From a virus (lineage: Duplodnaviria > Caudoviricetes), in the IMG/VR virus record IMGVR_UViG_3300021133_000034, positions 1 to 24,557 of that record: 24,557 bases of DNA; one strand, given 5' to 3'. Position 1 is the first letter of the stretch, and each line of letters begins with the position of its first letter. The position numbers and the translations under genes are program-made. The notes below the pieces were generated by a model. That model did no database searches. It saw only the letters and a program-made list of their open reading frames with translations, and was not told where the DNA came from. Positions 1 through 6,509 of the stretch are shown in pieces.

Positions 1-29
1 TACTATACTTTTTGATAAAACAAACAATT

Positions 30-200
30 TTAAAGATATTTGTTTACATAATTTGTAATCCTTAGTTTTTCAATGAGTTCCGCCTCGGATTTCGTCAATG
101 ATTTTGAAACGTTTTTAGCATTTTCTAACGGTTTTCGCCCTGCACCGGGACGCGCACCGCCTGAACCTTGCTTTCGTTTTTTTACTTTCTGTTTTTTCAT
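30..200 (-). CDS. Small basic protein (56 aa) with GGxRxGAGRK motif, putative DNA-binding protein; not in ORF track
   Basis: Manual translation MKKQKVKKRKQGSGGARPGAGRKPLENAKNVSKSLTKSEAELIEKLRITNYVNKYL*; A-rich upstream; same strand as neighbours. Confidence 0.75.
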   Translation of the reverse strand: MKKQKVKKRKQGSGGARPGAGRKPLENAKNVSKSLTKSEAELIEKLRITNYVNKYL

Positions 201-204
201 GTTA

Positions 205-272
205 TTTTTTGTCTTGAGTGAAATTTTGAAAGATGATTTTCGTAGAAAATTAGATTGAAAAATGAAACATAT
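205..272. repeat. 68-bp perfect direct repeat, copy 1 (copy 2 at 1316-1383)
   Basis: TTTTTTGTCTTGAGTGAAATTTTGAAAGATGATTTTCGTAGAAAATTAGATTGAAAAATGAAACATAT occurs identically at both positions (offset 1111). Confidence 0.97.
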
Positions 273-526
273 TATTTGTTATAAATAGCAAGTGTATTTA
301 TTTTTTCGAGTTTCCTCCGGTAATAATCACGTAACCACCTCTCACAGCGGGCGTATTTACGGGCTTGTTTCAAAGCATATCTGTACCGGTTCCAATCCTT
401 GTACATATTATTTTCTATTTTTCGGAGTGTTGTAATCTGCTCTCGTTTCCGTAGGTCTGCTTTTTGCAGTAATTCGAGCGCGTTACTCGCTTTCTCGTGA
501 TTTTCTTTAAGCGTGGTTGTTCTCAT
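272..526 (-). CDS. Hypothetical helical protein, paralog A (paralog of 1383-1622)
   Basis: Shares MRTTxL..H.KA..ALE and KY..C..WL..YYRRKL.KI with 1383-1622. Confidence 0.85.
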   Translation of the reverse strand: MRTTTLKENHEKASNALELLQKADLRKREQITTLRKIENNMYKDWNRYRYALKQARKYARCERWLRDYYRRKLEKINTLAIYNK

Positions 527-538
527 TGGTTATGTATT
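516..538. repeat. 23-bp direct repeat covering leader and start of paralog A (second copy 1612-1634)
   Basis: GTTGTTCTCATTGGTTATGTATT at both positions. Confidence 0.9.
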
Positions 539-543
539 ATGTT

Positions 544-556
544 TTAAAGGGGGTGG
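544..556. repeat. Short near-identical repeat TTAAAGGGG(G)TGG bracketing the RadC gene (second copy 1018-1029)
   Basis: TTAAAGGGGGTGG at 544-556 and TTAAAGGGGTGG at 1018-1029, in otherwise AT-rich spacers. Confidence 0.7.
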
Positions 557-563
557 TGAATAA

Positions 564-1007
564 TTAAATTTCTCCGTTATCAGCGAATGAATAATAACTA
601 TCGGGAGTAATAATAACGTGGTCGAGTAATCTAATTTCTAAGAGTGCCAAAGCCTTTTTAAGTCGGTCTGTTACCGCTTCATCTGCTTTGCTTGGTGTTG
701 TATTGCCTGACGGGTGGTTATGCGCTACAATGACATTTACGGCGCAAGTTTGCAAAGCTACTGTACATATTACACGGGTGTCGGCTATTGCTACGGTCAT
801 GCCGCCCGAACTTACTTTGTAGTAGCCTATTACCTTGTTAGACTGACCGAGACAAACCATTATAAATTCCTCTGTCCACTCAATTTTGCCGGGATCAAAT
901 AATAGTCGCAGTACGTCTGCTGCGTCCTGGCTCTTGTTTATCTTTTTCAGTTCAGATTTCAATGCGCCTTTGAATTTGACACTTATTTCTATTTCGGGGA
1001 TTTTCAT
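564..1007 (-). CDS. radC: RadC-family JAB/MPN domain protein
   Basis: JAMM motif HNHPSG...PSxAD, upstream catalytic Glu (TEEFIMV), and the LLDHVII..SYYSFAD C-terminus typical of RadC. Confidence 0.93.
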   Translation of the reverse strand: MKIPEIEISVKFKGALKSELKKINKSQDAADVLRLLFDPGKIEWTEEFIMVCLGQSNKVIGYYKVSSGGMTVAIADTRVICTVALQTCAVNVIVAHNHPSGNTTPSKADEAVTDRLKKALALLEIRLLDHVIITPDSYYSFADNGEI

Positions 1008-1038
1008 AATGTGGTTGTTAAAGGGGTGGGACTAATGA

Positions 1039-1308
1039 TTAATTTATTGGATCAATATAGGCGGTTACTGCATTAATAGTCAGGTAGTCAAGTAGCCGAA
1101 TGTCTTTTAATGCTTCCTGTAATTCGGTTGAGTTTCCAAAATACATTTGCGCACGTTCTCTGAGAAATGCGCGGGCTTCCTTTTTTGTTTCAAATTTGGC
1201 GATACCTGAATAACTGCCATTGCCATTGTTGTTACATCCTATTCCAAAATGCCGGAGGCTATTATATTGATAAGATGTCGTTGCGGTTGCTGTGATTGCT
1301 ACTTTCAT
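1039..1308 (-). CDS. Hypothetical protein (89 aa; start reassigned to ATG at 1308)
   Basis: MKVAITATAT... starts just downstream of the 68-bp repeat with an A-rich context. The longer track ORF reads through the repeat and overlaps paralog B. Confidence 0.75.
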   Translation of the reverse strand: MKVAITATATTSYQYNSLRHFGIGCNNNGNGSYSGIAKFETKKEARAFLRERAQMYFGNSTELQEALKDIRLLDYLTINAVTAYIDPIN

Positions 1309-1315
1309 AAAAATG

Positions 1316-1383
1316 TTTTTTGTCTTGAGTGAAATTTTGAAAGATGATTTTCGTAGAAAATTAGATTGAAAAATGAAACATAT
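1316..1383. repeat. 68-bp perfect direct repeat, copy 2
   Basis: Identical to 205-272; directly follows the stop of paralog B. Confidence 0.97.
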
Positions 1384-1622
1384 CAGGCTAATAGTGCCAT
1401 GCGGGTAATCTTGTCCAATTTCCGGCGATAATAACATTCCAGCCATATCCCACAGGCAATGTATTTATCTATCTTCTTTTGCTCCCAAATTCGCACATGG
1501 TCGAATATTAGCGGCTCGGCAATGTTGGTGCGGGCGTATTCAATCCTTTTGTATGCCGTCTCTATCATTTCGAGGGCGGCAAGGGCTTTGTTATGTTCTG
1601 CCTGTAAAATAGTTGTTCTCAT
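1383..1622 (-). CDS. Hypothetical helical protein, paralog B
   Basis: Roughly one third identical to 272-526 by eye, with identity concentrated at both ends. Confidence 0.85.
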   Translation of the reverse strand: MRTTILQAEHNKALAALEMIETAYKRIEYARTNIAEPLIFDHVRIWEQKKIDKYIACGIWLECYYRRKLDKITRMALLA

Positions 1623-1642
1623 TGGTTATGTATTTTAATTGG

Positions 1643-2110
1643 TTAAAAAAGTAGTTGTATTACTCCTGCATTTCTATTTGCAAATGTCCTTCTTAATAGT
1701 TCTGTTACTCCTTTGGCCGTCTGGGCGGTTGGTTCGGCGACCTTTGCGCTCTTACCTTTAAAAGTGTAGGGCTTTTCAAAAGTACCGATACCCATATCAA
1801 CGTAAAAGCCAACATGGAAATAGTCGCTTTGTCTGTCTGACTTGTCGAAGTTGCCGGCATTGATAATAGCGAACATCTTTAGAAGTGCCTCGCGTTGTTC
1901 GCCCTGGTAGCTATTTGATATGTAGTAATGATTGATCGCCTTGTATTTTTCACCGTTTAAAGCCTCGGTGAAATCAACATCTATGCTCTCAATAATATCA
2001 ACGCAGATAGATGAATGATGTCTTTTTGTTACGCTCAATTTCCAACCTGGGAAAGCCTTTTTAAGGTTAGCGCGAATCTCGGCGGCGTGTTCTGTGCTCA
2101 TGTAAGCCAT
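1643..2110 (-). CDS. LPD29-like (large polyvalent protein-associated domain) phage early protein
   Basis: Motifs A.EIR..LKK.FPG.K.SV..RHHSSI.V and SD.QSDYFHVGFY recalled from the LPD29 family and related small phage proteins. Confidence 0.7.
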   Translation of the reverse strand: MAYMSTEHAAEIRANLKKAFPGWKLSVTKRHHSSICVDIIESIDVDFTEALNGEKYKAINHYYISNSYQGEQREALLKMFAIINAGNFDKSDRQSDYFHVGFYVDMGIGTFEKPYTFKGKSAKVAEPTAQTAKGVTELLRRTFANRNAGVIQLLF

Positions 2111-2161
2111 AATATTTAATTTTTATAAGAGTGATTAAAATGAAAATTAAAGGTGATTTAA

Positions 2162-2317
2162 TTAGTTTTTTACTTCTATTACACTTATCATTTGAGACGG
2201 GGGAACAACAATTATTGTACGTTCGTCTAACAGTTGAAATGTGTTAAACTGGTCTGTGGATGTGGCGTAAAAACCTGCTTGAGAAAAAGTAGTCTTCACG
2301 AGATATATTGTTTTCAT
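2162..2317 (-). CDS. Small hypothetical protein (51 aa); not in ORF track
   Basis: Manual translation MKTIYLVKTTFSQAGFYATSTDQFNTFQLLDERTIIVVPPSQMISVIEVKN*; preceded by AAACTAAAATG; fills a gap in the operon. Confidence 0.55.
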   Translation of the reverse strand: MKTIYLVKTTFSQAGFYATSTDQFNTFQLLDERTIIVVPPSQMISVIEVKN

Positions 2318-2332
2318 TTTAGTTTGATTTTT

Positions 2333-2354
2333 AAAAGAGCTTCATTGCCCTTTT
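2333..2354 (-). terminator. Weak stem-loop, possible attenuator or terminator
   Basis: Minus strand AAAAGGGC-AATGAA-GCTCTTTT; the G.U pair forms only on the minus strand; the U tract is short. Confidence 0.3.
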
Positions 2355-2393
2355 GTTGCACATGTTTTGAATTTTTGTAAGTCAATCATAAAA

Positions 2394-2612
2394 TTATACG
2401 TAATATGCTGTATATAAACTAAAACTACTTCTACTTATTGATGCGTCTTTTTCGCCATTTTTGAAATATATAATCCCATCATCGTATCCACGTTTTTGCA
2501 TCCCGGTTTGATAACGCTTATATCCTTTCTTTTCAAGGAAATCAATAGCCTTCTGCATCCCGTTTGAATGAACTGTAAAATCTTTCTGTAATACTTTCTT
2601 TGACGTTGCCAT
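2394..2612 (-). CDS. Hypothetical protein
   Basis: 72-aa ORF, A-rich start context, tightly packed in the minus-strand cluster. Confidence 0.75.
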   Translation of the reverse strand: MATSKKVLQKDFTVHSNGMQKAIDFLEKKGYKRYQTGMQKRGYDDGIIYFKNGEKDASISRSSFSLYTAYYV

Positions 2613-2628
2613 GTTGTTTGGTTTTTAT

Positions 2629-2931
2629 TTAGTTAAGAATATTGGTTAATTTTTCTACAAATTCTTCATCCATTATTGAAGTGGCATATTCGGTAACTAT
2701 CACCATTTCTTCATTAGTAATAAATAGCTTGCGGGTGATTGCATCTAATGTTTGGAAAAGTGCGCTGTCTTTCTGTGGTGTTTCAAGTTCAAACATCAAC
2801 TGAACTTTGATAGCCATGATAGCGTTAAAGCCGTTGTTTAATTGTTTCTGCGTAATGCTCATGCGGTTGTTAATAAACTTTATCTTAGATAATGTTGCTG
2901 TGAGTGCGTTTACGTTGATTGTGTTTTTCAT
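2629..2931 (-). CDS. Hypothetical protein, first gene of the leftward operon
   Basis: 100-aa ORF starting about 20 nt downstream of a leftward promoter. Confidence 0.75.
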   Translation of the reverse strand: MKNTINVNALTATLSKIKFINNRMSITQKQLNNGFNAIMAIKVQLMFELETPQKDSALFQTLDAITRKLFITNEEMVIVTEYATSIMDEEFVEKLTNILN

Positions 2932-2952
2932 TTCTTTATCGTTTTGATGATG

Positions 2953-2985
2953 TAAAGATACGTTTATTCTTTTTTGATTTCCAAA
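2953..2985 (-). promoter_or_regulatory. Leftward Bacteroidota-type primary-sigma promoter
   Basis: Minus strand TTTG-N21-TATCTTTA, one mismatch to the -33 TTTG / -7 TAnnTTTG consensus. Confidence 0.7.
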
Positions 2986-3073
2986 TCTTTTTCAAAAATA
3001 AATCAAAAATAGGCTGAAAGCCTTTATAGTAAGGCATAGAAATATTTTTGTAATTCGATGTTTTATAAAAAAA

Positions 3074-3105
3074 TAGGCTCTTTCGCGAAACATTCACTAC
3101 CTTGC
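3074..3105 (+). promoter_or_regulatory. Possible rightward promoter just upstream of the structured RNA
   Basis: TAGG-N20-TACCTTGC, a degenerate match to TTTG/TAnnTTTG, ending 5 nt before the GC-rich structured segment. Confidence 0.35.
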
Positions 3106-3110
3106 ATCCG

Positions 3111-3327
3111 CGGGGCGTGACTGATGGGCGGACAGGGTAAACACCTGCGATGTGTTGCGCCAACAAGCGTAACGCTATGAAATAAACAATAATAATGGTT
3201 GCCCGAATGCCAATAACGATAATACATTTTGCTCTTTTTGCACAAAAAAATCAGTACGATATCCATACATTTCCGAGTATTCGGTGCACTGGATATTAAC
3301 GGTTTGGTGAGATTCCGTATACCCCGA
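3111..3327 (+). ncRNA. Candidate structured RNA with tRNA-like termini
   Basis: 5' CGGGGCG can pair with 3' TACCCCG+A; D-arm-like CTG-ATGGGCGGA-CAG; T-arm-like GG-TGAGATT-CC; several internal hairpins; no convincing ORF. Confidence 0.35.
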
Positions 3328-3347
3328 TAGGGGAGATTGAGATATAT

Positions 3348-3378
3348 TTTGTCGGAATCGAAAAAGATTCTATATTTG
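3348..3378 (+). promoter_or_regulatory. Rightward Bacteroidota-type promoter for the packaging operon
   Basis: TTTG(3348-3351)-N19-TATATTTG(3371-3378), an exact consensus match. Confidence 0.8.
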
Positions 3379-3473
3379 TATCCGATATGCCAACACAGTA
3401 TATATTTACCATTAACGATATTTAGAAAAAGGATATAATACCGCGCGCACGTGCGCATTAAAATACATTCCGA

Positions 3474-3866
3474 ATGCGTAACCCGATTTACACTACTGAA
3501 TTAGCATCTGCACTTTGCGATGAGATAGCGACAACAACTAAAGGATTAAAAGCTATCTGCTCTATGCCAGGTATGCCTGCATTGACAACTGTTGTTAGAT
3601 GGTTGCGATCAAATGATGAATTTAAACAGCTCTACGCACAGGCGAAGGTAATGCAGCAAGAACTCGAGATTGAAGACCTAAAAGATATCTCGGATGGCAG
3701 CACAGATGACGATATGGTTAAGGTGAATAGGGACAAGCTTAAAATCCATGCGCGTATGTGGTTGGCTTCTAAGCTAGCCCCAAAAAAATACGGGGACAAA
3801 TTAGACGTGAATCATGGCGGACAGGCTGATAACCCGATAATTACAGGTATAACATTTAATAAGTAA
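3474..3866 (+). CDS. terS: Terminase small subunit (Sf6 gp1-like)
   Basis: YT.ELA..LCD.IA...L..IC...GMP...TV.RWL HTH region and KL.I.AR.W.ASKLAPKKYGDK motif; upstream of TerL. Confidence 0.9.
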   Translation: MRNPIYTTELASALCDEIATTTKGLKAICSMPGMPALTTVVRWLRSNDEFKQLYAQAKVMQQELEIEDLKDISDGSTDDDMVKVNRDKLKIHARMWLASKLAPKKYGDKLDVNHGGQADNPIITGITFNK

Positions 3867-3870
3867 TAAT

Positions 3871-4161
3871 ATGAAAAATACGCTTATTTCCTGCGTCATT
3901 GCTACCATTATCATATCGGGCTGCATTAAGCCTTCCACAGTTGATAATATAGCTGCTACATCGTGCTATCAATGCACCACATACACGCGCTGCAATATAC
4001 ATACTCCGGGCAATGTTAGTTACTCGGAAATGCTGCTGCAATGTGGCTTAACAGCCTCTGATGTGGCAAAGATAAACACAGATACCGCCTACGACTACGC
4101 CTATTATTATGGGTCAGCAATAGGTGAGGTCCTGGATACCGTATTTGTCAACTGCAAGTAA
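3871..4161 (+). CDS. Putative Cys-rich lipoprotein
   Basis: MKNTLISCVIATIIISGC: basic N-terminus, hydrophobic stretch and lipobox ISG-C; further Cys including CYQC. Confidence 0.7.
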   Translation: MKNTLISCVIATIIISGCIKPSTVDNIAATSCYQCTTYTRCNIHTPGNVSYSEMLLQCGLTASDVAKINTDTAYDYAYYYGSAIGEVLDTVFVNCK

Positions 4162-4219
4162 AATGGCATGCGTGTATGGCAATAAATCATTCCATATGTA
4201 CGAAAAAATAAGAAAAAAC

Positions 4220-4483
4220 ATGGCAAAGCAGATAGCACCCATCACAGTAGCACAGATAAGCGCGTTCAAAAAGGAAAATCCAAATGATAAAACAGATTTC
4301 AGCACCGTAATACCTATCATTACAACGGGTAAGGGGTTGTTTCCTTGCCCCTGCTGCACCGACGGCAAGGTGAGTAACGGGATATTACTTGATGGCTCCG
4401 AATGCCACATATGCGATGGATATGGTTTGGTATCAGACCTGTCTAAGATCGCGAAAACAACCATTTTTAGCAAAAAAAAGTAG
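4220..4483 (+). CDS. Small protein with DnaJ-type zinc-finger motifs (start probably ATG 4220)
   Basis: CPCC.DG...ECHICDGYG; ATG preceded by AGAAAAAAC. Confidence 0.7.
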   Translation: MAKQIAPITVAQISAFKKENPNDKTDFSTVIPIITTGKGLFPCPCCTDGKVSNGILLDGSECHICDGYGLVSDLSKIAKTTIFSKKK

Positions 4484-4525
4484 CCATGCTAATCATGGGT
4501 AAGTGAGCCACTACCCTAAGATACG

Positions 4526-5941
4526 ATGAACATTAGATTTGACTGTCGAGGAAATGAAAAGCAGTTCGAGTGTTTCGAGCAATGGCACGACCAAGAACAT
4601 ATACGAATAGGCTATGGTGGGGGTGTCGGTGGTGCTAAGTCGTTTACCGGTGTCGGCTGCATATTCGGCGATGCGCTCACCTACCCTAATACTTCATATG
4701 CCATTGGCAGGTCTGCGCTCAATGATCTGCGCAAGTACACGCGCCCGTCAATAGATAAGGTTTTCCGCGAAGTTTATCGCCTAAATATAGAATATTACGC
4801 ACCATTCAATGGGCAGGATAACGTGTATAATCTGTACAATGGTTCTAAGGTGTACTTAGTGCCAATGGAAGAAACACCCACCGACATTGCTGATAATTAT
4901 CAGCGTTTCGGGTCAATGGAACTAACCCGGGCATGGGTAGAGGAAGCGGGGGAACATGGTGTTACGGAGAAGGGTGTCAATGCTTTATTTGCCCGCTGCG
5001 GAAGGCAGAATAATGATAAGTATGGTTTACGCGCGAAGGGGCTGATTACATTTAACCCCTCAAAAAACTTTCTGTATCACACCTATTATTTACCATATCG
5101 CAACGGCACTTTACCGCCTCATATGTCGTTCATTATGGCAAGCGCGAAGGATAACAAGTGCCTCCCGCCCAACTACATTCCCGACCTGTTATTAACTATT
5201 TCTGAAAATGAAAAGCAACGATTAATATTCAACAATTGGGAATATGACGATGACCCCGCAACACTATGCGACTATCAGGCTATTCAAGACTTATTCCTTA
5301 ACGAGCATATTCAGCCCACAGGCAAGAGGTATATATCCGCTGACTTAGCTATGCAAGGGCGTGATTTATTCGTGGCTTCATGCTGGGACGGGCTTATTGG
5401 CAGGTTCCCGATTATACAAGGCAAGTCATCAGGCAAGACCATTGAAGATGATTTGCGCGCGCTTATGATACACGAACAAGTCCCTAATAGTAATATAGTA
5501 GCGGATAGTGATGGCATGGGCAACTACTTAGAATCGTACCTACAAGGTATCAAGCCATTTCACGGCAATGCGTCATCTGATAGCGTTGAATTTCGGAACT
5601 ACAAGGACAGGTGTGGTTATAAGTTGGCGGAGTTAATAAATGCTCGCAAAATGCGTATTATATGCAGTCAGGAGGTGAAGGTCGAGATAGCGAAGGAATT
5701 GGGCTATTTGAAGACTGGTTCTATGGTGGCAGATACATCTAAGAAAACTTTGATGAGTAAAAAAGACATCATATCACAACTTGGACATTCACCCAACTAT
5801 TTGGATAATCTAATCATGCGGATGGCATTTGAACTGAACCAGTCTGATGGAAGTTTTGTACTCCGAGAAAATAATATACCTTTGCCTATGAATACGGCAG
5901 AAATTTATTATAAAGGTCGTAAAATCACTAAACTAAACTAA
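4526..5941 (+). CDS. terL: Terminase large subunit
   Basis: Walker A YGGGVGGAKS, Walker B AWVEEA, coupling motif TFNP, RNase H-like nuclease motifs ADLA, DSDGMG, SPNYLD. Confidence 0.95.
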   Translation: MNIRFDCRGNEKQFECFEQWHDQEHIRIGYGGGVGGAKSFTGVGCIFGDALTYPNTSYAIGRSALNDLRKYTRPSIDKVFREVYRLNIEYYAPFNGQDNVYNLYNGSKVYLVPMEETPTDIADNYQRFGSMELTRAWVEEAGEHGVTEKGVNALFARCGRQNNDKYGLRAKGLITFNPSKNFLYHTYYLPYRNGTLPPHMSFIMASAKDNKCLPPNYIPDLLLTISENEKQRLIFNNWEYDDDPATLCDYQAIQDLFLNEHIQPTGKRYISADLAMQGRDLFVASCWDGLIGRFPIIQGKSSGKTIEDDLRALMIHEQVPNSNIVADSDGMGNYLESYLQGIKPFHGNASSDSVEFRNYKDRCGYKLAELINARKMRIICSQEVKVEIAKELGYLKTGSMVADTSKKTLMSKKDIISQLGHSPNYLDNLIMRMAFELNQSDGSFVLRENNIPLPMNTAEIYYKGRKITKLN

Positions 5942-5947
5942 ACATAT

Positions 5948-6496
5948 ATGAATGTTGAAATAACAGAACAGCAGAGGCAGCAGATATTAAACTCCCAACA
6001 GTTTAATGACCTCATGGGCGAATCATTGAAAGGGTTGAAGGTCCCATTCGATAAAATACGTGATGGCTATCTGCGCGGTGTTTTGGACAAAATCATGGAC
6101 AAATGCCCGTTTTATGCACTCAAAATAAACGAGGAAGCATATATAAAGTTATATACGCAGGATTTCAGTTATATGGAGGCTACTATACAACAGAAAGCGA
6201 TTGAATTGCTTTTGTCATCACGCCCATGCGACTTGTTTGATTTGGTTATATTGGATGATATATTGCCCAATGAACAGCATGCAACCGTCCCTGTTAAGGC
6301 GCAATACCTTGAACTGGTCAATGCGATGATGGAACACAACAAAGCCATCAATGATGTGATTGAACCGATACAGGTGGAACACTTCGAAACAGTTTATAAC
6401 CTGTTTGTTTCCGCATCAGAAAAACAGCAAAAGGAACAGATTGAACGCGCAAGCAAGCAAATGTCTTTAGCTGCAACTGCAAAAGCACAGGCATAA
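5948..6496 (+). CDS. Hypothetical protein between TerL and portal
   Basis: 182-aa ORF tightly packed in the operon; no motif recognised. Confidence 0.8.
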   Translation: MNVEITEQQRQQILNSQQFNDLMGESLKGLKVPFDKIRDGYLRGVLDKIMDKCPFYALKINEEAYIKLYTQDFSYMEATIQQKAIELLLSSRPCDLFDLVILDDILPNEQHATVPVKAQYLELVNAMMEHNKAINDVIEPIQVEHFETVYNLFVSASEKQQKEQIERASKQMSLAATAKAQA

Positions 6497-6509
6497 AACA
6501 TACTTTACT

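Noticed and set aside
73-258. Plus-strand 61-aa ORF
   Set aside because: Shadow of the minus-strand GGxRxGAGRK gene and of the repeat.
205-1383. 68-bp repeat as a CRISPR array or solitary repeat unit (ends ATTGAAAAATGAAAC; contains TAATTTTCTAC on the minus strand)
   Set aside because: Only two copies, 1.1 kb apart with genes between them; too long for a repeat; no Cas12a-type TCTAC/GTAGA stem; no cas genes in the window.
1309-1446. N-terminal extension of track ORF 1039-1446
   Set aside because: Reads through the non-coding repeat and overlaps paralog B; ATG 1308 has the better context.
3181-3310. Canonical tmRNA tag (GCC AAT AAC GAT AAT ACA TTT, ANNDNTF-like)
   Set aside because: The frame does not end in an ALAA-like stop, and no G3.U70 pair or pseudoknots are evident; kept only as part of the ncRNA candidate.
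2936-3458. Minus-strand ORFs 2936-3166 and 3063-3458
   Set aside because: They overlap promoters and the structured region, and have atypical composition and poor start contexts.
5791-5811. TerL SPN instead of the common SPD motif as a sign of nuclease inactivation
   Set aside because: The following Asp and the other nuclease acidic residues are present; probably tolerated variation.
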